A stretch of DNA of 64,000 nt, taken from Bianqueaceae bacterium (lineage in GTDB: Bacteria > Bacillota > Clostridia > Lachnospirales > Bianqueaceae). Position 1 is the first letter of the stretch, and the number at the start of each line of letters is the position of its first letter. The stretch spans positions 1,207 through 65,206 of the forward strand of contig JAZQUJ010000157.1 of NCBI GenBank assembly GCA_045631245.1, written 5' to 3'. A program made the position numbers and the translations under genes. Below the pieces are notes generated by a model, which was given only the letters and a program-made list of their open reading frames with translations, had not been told where the DNA came from and searched no databases. Shown one piece after another: positions 56,910 through 64,000 of this stretch.

Positions 56910-58168
56910 TGGAAAACAAAGTGATTAATGAATTCATTAAAGAATTTTACGACGAAGTAGATTTATACGAAAAAGTTAAAAGAAATGTACATAAGTTGCT
57001 CGAAACAAAATTAAATGATTCGGGTGTTATGGCATTAGTTACTTCAAGAGTAAAAGATCCTGGAAGGTTAAAAGAGAAACTCATTGATAGAAATAATGAG
57101 AAAAAATACAAAAACAAGGAAGATATATATTTTGACATTGTCGATCTTATTGGACTACGAGTGGCGCTATATTTCCCCAATGATGTTGGACGAGTAGAGT
57201 CTTTGATAAAGAATAGCTTTTCTGTAACAAAGATTAAAACTTTCCCCGAAGATAGAAAAGGCAATGATGTATATACCAATAGGTTTGAAGGGTACAGTGC
57301 AAGGCATTACCGTATTGAGTATGAGCATGAGGGGAGATTATACAAGGTAGAGATACAAGTGGCTTCTTTGCTTATGCATGCTTGGGCGGAGGTGGAGCAT
57401 GATTTAGCGTATAAACAAAAGAAAGGTAAAGTTTCTTTTGATGAATATGAGGCATTGGACGAAATTAATGGTTTGGTTATAGCTGGAGAAATATCTTTGC
57501 AACGCCTACAGCGTCTTTCTGAATTAAGAATGGCCTCTGAAAAAGAAACGTTTTTAAATCATTATCAACTCGCAGATTACATTTATAAATTTGCTGAGAA
57601 AACTGTGCCTGACAGCGAAATGGTTCTTGGTGATGTCGAGACACTGTTTAAAGTATTACAGAGGCAGAACAGATTAACAAAAAAGAAAGTCGATAATGAT
57701 TTGGGGAAGCTCCAACTTAGTTCATCAAGTGGCGCTATTGCTGATCAAATAATGGATCTATACTCTTTGGATAATCGCAAAGAAAGTATTGAAATTATAA
57801 AAATTAGAGCAAGTAAAGATCCGTTGAACGAAAATCATATCAATGAGGTTTGTATTGGAAAATTTCTTACAGAGTGGATTAAGTTGGAACGCATGTTGGA
57901 AGATTTTGCATGCCGTTTTGGTTTTTCAAATTTACCCAAAAACAGAGATGCAATGTCAAGACTGTTAAGATGTATAGATGTGCCCAACAGCACAAGGGAA
58001 GTGTATTGGCATTTGAAAAAAATAAGAAACCTGTTAGTGCATGGAGTGGAAATACCAGAAGATCGTGAGCTGTTACTATATGTGGAGGAAATAAAGGACG
58101 TGAAAAAGGAAATTGAATCTTTTTTTGATAGCATAACAGGAGATGAAAACAGTGGCCAAAAGTTTTAA
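56909..58168 (+). CDS. RelA/SpoT-homologue (small alarmone-synthetase/toxSAS-like) nucleotide pyrophosphokinase with C-terminal HEPN-like region
   Basis: TAATG overlap with the helicase gene. Synthetase-fold motifs SRVKDPGRLKEKL, DLIGLRVALYF, GYSARHY and VEIQVASLLMHAWAEVEHDLAYK. C-terminal KKIRNLLVHG carries an R-x4-H motif. Confidence 0.8.
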   Translation: MENKVINEFIKEFYDEVDLYEKVKRNVHKLLETKLNDSGVMALVTSRVKDPGRLKEKLIDRNNEKKYKNKEDIYFDIVDLIGLRVALYFPNDVGRVESLIKNSFSVTKIKTFPEDRKGNDVYTNRFEGYSARHYRIEYEHEGRLYKVEIQVASLLMHAWAEVEHDLAYKQKKGKVSFDEYEALDEINGLVIAGEISLQRLQRLSELRMASEKETFLNHYQLADYIYKFAEKTVPDSEMVLGDVETLFKVLQRQNRLTKKKVDNDLGKLQLSSSSGAIADQIMDLYSLDNRKESIEIIKIRASKDPLNENHINEVCIGKFLTEWIKLERMLEDFACRFGFSNLPKNRDAMSRLLRCIDVPNSTREVYWHLKKIRNLLVHGVEIPEDRELLLYVEEIKDVKKEIESFFDSITGDENSGQKF

Positions 58169-58991
58169 TATGTCCAGCTTTAAATCTCAACTTAGACAAG
58201 CTCAGCGAAAAGCTGAACGAGATATGAAAAGTGAGATTAACAAGGCAACAAGAAAATTTGAGAGTGAAATGAACCGCGAGCTACGGAAATATAATACGAA
58301 AGTGCAACATAATCGAAATACAATCGCACGTGAGCTAAGTAGATTGCAATCTCACACGACAGTAAAAAGTGCTTACGCCATTTCGCTTAGTACCATGCAT
58401 CGGTATTATACTGATATTGATAGTATATATGGGGATTGTGTCGTAACTCCGCAGCAAGAGCATATTTTTGATTTGGTAGAACAAGAGCAGGTTAATAGTC
58501 TAATTACTGCTAACGCTATTCAAAATGATCAGTTTTCAGACGAAAATATTGAGGATATTGAAATAGGAAATAAACTTTTGAATGTATCTGAGGACCTCAA
58601 TAATCGTTGGCGAGGGGCTGTTTTTGCGATGAGTCCGCAAAATCCTGATGCAGCACGACATTTCTGCACCAGTGCGCGAGAGATATTCACAGAATTTATT
58701 GAGTTAAAGGCACCAGATTCTAACGTGTTTGTCTTTAATCCGGACTGCGAAAAGACGGACAGAGGCAATGCTACAAGAAGAGAAAAAATCAAATATATGA
58801 TGAGGAATATAGATATTCATAGCAGCATTATTGATTTTGCTGAGGCTGATATCACCAATATTCTTGAATTGTTCCATGTTTTGAGTGATGGAACTCATGG
58901 AGCTGCAGGTCGATATGAGTTTCAGAAATTGGTTCAAGTGAAAAAGCGCGTTGAGCAAGGGATAAACTTTTTGTGTGAAATTTCTGCATGA
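58143..58991 (+). CDS. hypothetical protein (282 aa; basic coiled-coil N-terminus, helical C-terminal domain)
   Basis: Overlaps the RSH gene by 26 nt. An alternative ATG at 58170 lies 1 nt after the RSH stop. No motif recognised. Confidence 0.65.
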   Translation: MKTVAKSFNMSSFKSQLRQAQRKAERDMKSEINKATRKFESEMNRELRKYNTKVQHNRNTIARELSRLQSHTTVKSAYAISLSTMHRYYTDIDSIYGDCVVTPQQEHIFDLVEQEQVNSLITANAIQNDQFSDENIEDIEIGNKLLNVSEDLNNRWRGAVFAMSPQNPDAARHFCTSAREIFTEFIELKAPDSNVFVFNPDCEKTDRGNATRREKIKYMMRNIDIHSSIIDFAEADITNILELFHVLSDGTHGAAGRYEFQKLVQVKKRVEQGINFLCEISA

Positions 58992-59043
58992 TTATCAAAA
59001 ACTCTATTTGCAATTCAATAATAAGTACGAATATTGGATTAAC

Positions 59044-59082
59044 AAGAAGTGGTTATCTGGATTTACCCAATAACCGCTTCTT
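59044..59082 (+). terminator. hairpin ending the R-M/helicase/RSH transcription unit
   Basis: AAGAAGTGGTTAT-loop-ATAACCGCTTCTT with a weak T-run. Confidence 0.45.
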
Positions 59083-59098
59083 CCTATTTTATAGAATT

Positions 59099-59272
59099 CT
59101 ATTCCTCCTCAAATTCGGTGAAATCAGAAAAGTCTTCCCTATCAGCCAAATCACAAAATTTGTGGAAGATGTAATTATCATATTCGATCAATAAATAGAA
59201 TATTTCTTCAGCAAGGATAGCATACTCGTCAAGCACGTTTGCAAGGGATGATATGAGTATTCCGGCTCCCAT
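59099..59272 (-). CDS. possible small acidic protein
   Basis: The ORF ends ...DLADREDFSDFTEFEEE. No convincing RBS and the start is uncertain. Confidence 0.25.
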   Translation of the reverse strand: MGAGILISSLANVLDEYAILAEEIFYLLIEYDNYIFHKFCDLADREDFSDFTEFEEE

Positions 59273-59598
59273 TGAGCTAGTAGTCCAGACTTTGAGAGCC
59301 ACCATTCCGGTGTTTGGAGCCAGCATTCCGGTAACAGAAAATCGCTATTCCGGTCATGAGAAAACATGATTCTGTTCCGGTGGAAATCATTTCATAGATT
59401 CCTTTATAAGTTCGTATGCCATTCGGTGTAAATTGTAGTCCATATTCAATTCGATCACAGCAGTAGCCATCGTCTTCTTTGTGCCCACGGCGCATCCTGT
59501 ATCTTCCGTCTATATCGTGTATACGCCATCTTAAATATGCCTGACGAATTGACGTGAATCCGAAAAGTAAGTACAATAAGCACGGGGGGAGTGATATT

Positions 59599-60096
59599 AT
59601 GAGTAGCATTAAGACATATACTGGCGTGATGTTCGATCCGGTGCATCCGGAATTGGAACGGATCGATATTTTGGATATTGCGCACGCGCTGAGTATGCTG
59701 TGCCGGGCGAATGGGCATTTTAGGAGCTTTTATTCGGTGGGCCAGCACTGTATCAATTGCGCCCGGGAGGCGAAGGCGAGAGGATATTCGGAGCGGGTGC
59801 AGCTGGCGTGTTTGCTGCACGATGCCAGCGAGGCGTATCTGTCGGATGTGACCCGGCCGGTGAAACAGGAACTGCCGAAGTATCTGGAGATTGAGGAACC
59901 GCTGCAGGAGGCGATCTGGCGGAAGTATTTGGGGGCGGAATTGACGGAGGAAGAGAAGGTTCGGGTGTTTGAGATTGATGATGCGATGCTTTACTATGAG
60001 TTTAAGGCGTTGATGGGGATCCGATTGTCGGGGACTATGGAGAGTTATAGGGTGTGTGTGGATAGGAAGGAATATTTGAAAAAATTGAAGAAGTAA
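59599..60096 (+). CDS. HD-domain phosphohydrolase (chimeric 3' end)
   Basis: ATG follows GGGGGAG. HD motif LACLLHDASEAYLSD. The last 18 or so codons derive from the alkylation-repair gene 3' remnant (ESYRV...KKLKK). Confidence 0.7.
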   Translation: MSSIKTYTGVMFDPVHPELERIDILDIAHALSMLCRANGHFRSFYSVGQHCINCAREAKARGYSERVQLACLLHDASEAYLSDVTRPVKQELPKYLEIEEPLQEAIWRKYLGAELTEEEKVRVFEIDDAMLYYEFKALMGIRLSGTMESYRVCVDRKEYLKKLKK

Positions 60097-60250
60097 TTTT
60101 GGTATAAGAAATGCAGTTATTGGAGATTGTAGGTTTTCAATAACTGCAAATTTTTACGAAAATTTGACATTTATGTTAAGTTGGGGGGAATGTTTGGTTG
60201 AAGAAGGTGAGCGAAAGCAGTATAATAATTTATAAGAAAAGTCCGTCCCC
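60039..60250 (+). repeat. third copy of the alkylation-repair 3' remnant, terminator and downstream module (direct repeat of 45480-45720)
   Basis: Shared strings: GGAGAGTTATAG, TATTTGAAAAAATTGAAGAAGTAATTTTGGTATAAGAAA, ACATTTATGTTAAGTT and GTCCGTCCC. Confidence 0.8.
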
Positions 60251-60251
60251 T

Positions 60252-60886
60252 GCTGTATGAGGTAAGAGTGCAGATTCCTGAAATGATGAAGAGGTCTGGA
60301 CAACCTCTATGCGCTGTCGGATAGCACGATACTGATAGGTGAGTTAATTCATCTACTCCAATATCGTTATGAACAGATTGACTTTATTGATGAGCCTGGT
60401 GATTTGGGGTTTGATTGCCCGTTGGATCTGTATTGCACATATACCCGTGATCAGCTGCTGGTAGCTATGGACTTCATGAAGCCGGCTACTGTGCGTGAAG
60501 GCGTAAAATGGTTGCCGGACAAGCAGATTGATGTTCTGTTCGTGACGCTGAACAAATCTGATAAGGATTACTCTCCGACAACTATGTATCACGACTACTC
60601 GATCAATGAATGCTTATTTCACTGGCAGAGTCAGAGTACAACCAATGATACCGGTTCTGTTGGACAGCGCTATATTCATCATAAAGAACGTGGTAGTAAG
60701 GTTCTGTTCTTTGTCCGCGAGTTTAAGGCGGATCGTATCACAAATGGTGCTGGAGCCTATACCTACCTCGGAACAGCAAACTACGTTCAGCATCAGGGAT
60801 CTAGACCGATGAATCTCACATGGCGCTTGGATCGACCGATTCCGGCGCGGTTTTTGAAGAAGACAAATAAATTGGTTGTGGGGTGA
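60252..60886 (+). pseudogene. decayed duplicate of the 3' end (DUF3427 region) of the helicase gene
   Basis: Aligns with 56275-56909 at roughly 90 percent identity by eye. A 1-nt deletion lies near 60285. Only the last 160 codons remain open. Confidence 0.85.
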
Positions 60887-61030
60887 GGTTAAAAGTAATC
60901 GTTGTCTCGAGAGCTTATTTATTTGTTTATTGCAGGTTATAATAAAAACTTGACAAATATGTTATAATTATACTACACAAGAGAATATTATATATGAATG
61001 AGTTTGTGTGTAGATTGTGAGGAAAAGAAA

Positions 61031-61465
61031 ATGTATAGAGCATTAAGTGTTGCTCGTTATATCATCGAAAGATGTCATTCAAAGAATCGTAGTATTAGTA
61101 ACTTGAAATTACAAAAAATATTGTATTTTGTTCAGGCGGAATTTTTGGTGTCAAGAGGGCACCCCTGTTTTGCTGAGCAAATAGAAGCGTGGGATTTTGG
61201 GCCAGTAGTGCCAGAGGTATATCAAAAATATAAAATTTTTGGAAGTTCCAATATTCCTGTTTTTGGAAGACCTACTAATGCTGTGGTTATTCGTAATGAT
61301 GATCAAGAAATAATTAATGATATTGTTGATGAGTGTGCCAGATATTCTGCATCTGCACTAGTTGATATTACGCATCACCAATTGCCTTGGCTTGATGCAT
61401 ATGTTCCAGGATATAATAATGTGATTTCTCAAAGTAGTATAAAAAATTATTTTACCGAGGGATAA
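61031..61465 (+). CDS. Panacea/DUF4065 (SocA/GepA-like) domain protein, candidate antitoxin
   Basis: ATG follows GAGGAA. LSVARYIIERC...SNLKLQKILYFVQAEFL...EAWDFGPVVPEVY pattern. Confidence 0.65.
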   Translation: MYRALSVARYIIERCHSKNRSISNLKLQKILYFVQAEFLVSRGHPCFAEQIEAWDFGPVVPEVYQKYKIFGSSNIPVFGRPTNAVVIRNDDQEIINDIVDECARYSASALVDITHHQLPWLDAYVPGYNNVISQSSIKNYFTEG

Positions 61466-61468
61466 AGC

Positions 61469-62464
61469 ATGCCAAATCTGAAAATTAACATAAACAAGAC
61501 GACAGGAAATGTACAATTTAATTTTGATGATAAAGACCTTACAGAAGAAATGAATGAAAAAGTTCAGGCATTATGCAAGGCTCTTTTAACGGATAATAAT
61601 AATTTTAAAAAGGATGCGGTTTTTCAAGATATTTATAAATATATAAGCAACTATGACCGAATCTTATATGCTCCTATCAGTAATATGATTTATGCATGCT
61701 ATAATGATCATACGGCAGAAGAAGCAACTAATATTATGGGAACGATTAACTCCAATATCATTGCTGTAGTAAATTATTCTCAGGGTAAAGAAGTTAATGA
61801 GTTTATTACAAAAGCTCGGGGTGAAAATAAGAAACACTTGCAGGATACTAAAAAAGTAATTCTGAAAATTTGGGATCATATAAATTTGGCACATCAACAA
61901 TATAGCGCTTTGAAACAGAGTGATGCTGAATATGAAGAAAAGTTCAATAAAAAAATGCGTCCGATTAAGGATGAGCTTTCGAAAGACCTAAGTCAGCAGT
62001 TGCTTACTATGGTAAGTATTTTCACAGCACTTGCATTTTTGATTTTTGGTGGTATTAGTTCACTTGACAATATTTTTGCAAACCAGGGAATATCAGTATT
62101 AAAAATTATGATTGTGGGTTCTATATGGGGATTATGCATCTTGAATTTGATTTTTGTTTTTTTGTTCTGTGTTAGCAAGATGACGAAATTAAAAATTGTA
62201 TCTACAAGTGAGCCCAATGCTACAATATTTCAAAAATATCCTATCGTATGGTGGGGAAATCTTGTGATTGTTTCCATAATGCTATTGAGTATGTGGGGAT
62301 ATTACATAACAAAGAGAAATATTCATACATGGTTTGATCAGATCTGTTTTAAAAATCCGGTGTTGGCAACGATATTAGGTACAGGATTAATTCTAATAAT
62401 TATCATCGCCATCACTTGTAAACTAATTAAAGCAACAAAACGTACAAATGGGGCGGATGAATAG
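61469..62464 (+). CDS. hypothetical protein: soluble N-terminal half plus 4 C-terminal TM helices (candidate toxin partner)
   Basis: 3-nt gap after the Panacea-like gene and a GAGGGA RBS. TM segments lie from about aa 185 to 320. Confidence 0.65.
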   Translation: MPNLKININKTTGNVQFNFDDKDLTEEMNEKVQALCKALLTDNNNFKKDAVFQDIYKYISNYDRILYAPISNMIYACYNDHTAEEATNIMGTINSNIIAVVNYSQGKEVNEFITKARGENKKHLQDTKKVILKIWDHINLAHQQYSALKQSDAEYEEKFNKKMRPIKDELSKDLSQQLLTMVSIFTALAFLIFGGISSLDNIFANQGISVLKIMIVGSIWGLCILNLIFVFLFCVSKMTKLKIVSTSEPNATIFQKYPIVWWGNLVIVSIMLLSMWGYYITKRNIHTWFDQICFKNPVLATILGTGLILIIIIAITCKLIKATKRTNGADE

Positions 62465-62971
62465 AGGACTCGATAGGGTTCTCTTTTTATTTACGCAGGA
62501 AGAGTTTTGTGTTCTACCATTAATCAATATAGGTTTGGTAGCCTAAAATCATATTTGCGTTATTTTTCATGGTGAAGATCAAAAGCTTTATTAACTTCAT
62601 CTTCAAGCAAAAGGATAGTCATTTTTCTTGTTTTATTTTTTAATAAATTTTCTTCTTCTTTTTACCAGTTATTTGTACTAAATTATCAATGGTCAATTTT
62701 GATGGATGCCGTTGTGTATTACCAGAGATGCCAACATGACGCGAGGAACTGCAGAAGAGCGTTGAAGGGCCAGCGGCTTTCTTCTTACATTTCTGGAACA
62801 TTATTTTGGCTCCAACTCTAACCGAAATACTCGGTCAGGGCTGGAGCCATCGTCATCTTTGCGCCTACGGCGCGGGGGATCTTTGGCTGTGGAGTGGATC
62901 TGTGGTCTAAATATGGAGGATGAATTGACGGGAGCCGAAAAGGGCAGTACAATAGGTATGGGGGTGATAGT

Positions 62972-63502
62972 ATGAGTAGTATTAAGACTTTTACCGGCGT
63001 GATGTTCGATCCGGTGCATCCGGAAGCGGAACGGATCGATATTTTGGATATTGCGCATGCGCTGAGTATGCTGTGCCGGGCGAATGGGCATTTTAGAAGT
63101 TTTTATTCGGTGGGCCAGCACTGTATCAATTGCGCCCGGGAGGCGAAGGCGAGAGGATATTCGGAGCGGGTGCAGCTGGCGTGTTTGCTGCACGATGCCA
63201 GCGAGGCGTATCTGTCGGATGTGACGCGGCCGGTGAAACAGGAACTGCCAAAGTATCTGGAGATTGAGGAACCGCTGCAGGAGGCGATCTGGCGGAAGTA
63301 TTTGGGGGCGGAATTGACGGAGGAAGAGAAGGTTCGGGTGTTTGAGGTTGATGATGCGATGCTTTACTATGAGTTTAAGGTGTTGATGGATACCCGATTG
63401 GCAGAGGAGGAGCCGGAACTGAAGAGTGAGCCGGAGTTTGGGTTTCGGGGATTTGAGGAAGTAGAGGAAGGGTTTTTGAGGGTGTTTCATTCTTATATTT
63501 GA
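62972..63502 (+). CDS. HD-domain phosphohydrolase (intact paralogue)
   Basis: Near-identical to 59599-60020 and then keeps its own C-terminus. LLHDASEAYLSD motif. Confidence 0.75.
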   Translation: MSSIKTFTGVMFDPVHPEAERIDILDIAHALSMLCRANGHFRSFYSVGQHCINCAREAKARGYSERVQLACLLHDASEAYLSDVTRPVKQELPKYLEIEEPLQEAIWRKYLGAELTEEEKVRVFEVDDAMLYYEFKVLMDTRLAEEEPELKSEPEFGFRGFEEVEEGFLRVFHSYI

Positions 63503-63838
63503 GGGAAAGAAGATATTTATGTTAGAAGAAATTTTATTCGTTGAGGCATGCTGTTTTTTTCGAAGAAATAGTCGAGGAGAAAAGGTCGTATTAATGGTGT
63601 ATGGGAGATAGTAAAAGAAAGATTTATGGATGAGATGGGCTCGTGCTGAAAGGTACGGGCCTTTTTGTTGAGATGGTAAACTCTTGAACAAGAGAATATT
63701 AATTAGATTCCTTATATTGAATATTCTGATTAGTAGGTGCTGTTGATTACTTTGTATTTTTATGGTAAAATAAAGAGAAGTGATGGAAGTATTTGTTTAA
63801 GTTCGTTTATTTTTATTATTATAAAAAGGGGTATTTTT

Positions 63839-64000
63839 ATGGCTAAATGTAGTAACTGTGGAAAAAAAGGCCTTTTTTTAAAACTGCAAAATGGTCTTTG
63901 TAATGAGTGTGCGTCGTTAGCGCATCGTCGTGTTCAAATTGAACAGATAGAAGAACGTGAAAAAAGTACGGCAGCTCGCTTAGCTGAGTTGAATACTCAA
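63839..64000 (+). CDS. hypothetical protein, N-terminal fragment with CxxC...CxxC ribbon (runs off window)
   Basis: ATG follows AAGGGG. MAKCSNCGKKGLFLKLQNGLCNEC. The frame is open to the window end. Confidence 0.5.
   Translation, partial: MAKCSNCGKKGLFLKLQNGLCNECASLAHRRVQIEQIEEREKSTAARLAELNTQ

Noticed and set aside
62560-62792. Tiny minus-strand ORFs: a 20-aa MTILLLEDEVNKAFDLHHEK resembling a response-regulator start, and a 53-aa ORF ending ...KLTIDNLVQITGKKKKKIY
   Set aside because: They are too short and truncated to call. They are probably decayed gene fragments in the junction DNA, and there is no RBS support.
62801-63691. 296-aa minus-strand ORF covering the second HD gene, and 59277-59820 ORFs covering the first
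   Set aside because: The translations are low-complexity and rich in R, L, H and Q. The conservation between the two copies is explained by the plus-strand HD gene and its leader.
41734-64000. Search for an integrase, transposase or other recombinase that would explain the stacked islands
   Set aside because: No ORF shows tyrosine-recombinase (R..H..R..Y), serine-recombinase or DDE motifs. Mobility therefore remains an inference from the repeats only, and the segments are not labelled as mobile elements.
1-64000. tRNA, rRNA or tmRNA genes
   Set aside because: No cloverleaf-like or rRNA-like segments were noticed in the non-coding stretches. All intergenic regions longer than 200 bp are accounted for by repeats, promoters or terminators.

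Overview
This is a chromosomal segment from a Gram-positive, Firmicutes/Clostridia-like organism (GGAGG ribosome-binding sites, lipobox lipoproteins, T7SSb-type EssC). From 1 to 41.7 kb the sequence is mostly core, at roughly half G+C by eye. It holds the tail of an AgrC-like histidine kinase, a pair of fused ABC exporter genes, and a divergent lipoprotein/polysaccharide-deacetylase pair bracketed by homologous inverted hairpin modules. Next comes a compact type VII secretion locus (essC, esaB/yukD-like, two WXG100 genes), followed by a lipoprotein, an alpha/beta-hydrolase (GHSQGG) toxin candidate and three small helical/WXG-like genes. The remaining core genes are nrdDG with an NrdR box, a Na/Pi-PhoU transporter beside a PhoPR-like two-component system, thrC-thrB, a MATE exporter, several membrane proteins, VapBC-like and HipBA-like TA pairs, an SDR and a DNA-alkylation-repair gene. 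From 41.7 kb to the window end the DNA is AT-rich and mosaic. At least three accessory segments are stacked behind the 3' end of the alkylation-repair gene, and two downstream junctions (about 45.4 kb and 60.04 kb) carry decayed copies of that 3' end and its terminator. These segments carry a three-gene membrane-protein cassette and a complete type I R-M system (hsdRMS) with an XRE gene and palindromic operators in front. They also carry DUF4145-like and unknown genes. My top candidate for an undescribed system is a PLD/SF2-helicase/DUF3427 gene translationally coupled to a RelA/SpoT-like nucleotide pyrophosphokinase with a HEPN-like tail and an unknown 282-aa protein. A decayed second copy of the helicase 3' end is followed instead by a Panacea(DUF4065)-like protein and a 4-TM protein. 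I recognised no rRNA, tRNA, CRISPR array, transposase or integrase. All functional calls rest on motifs readable in the translations, and no database search was possible.
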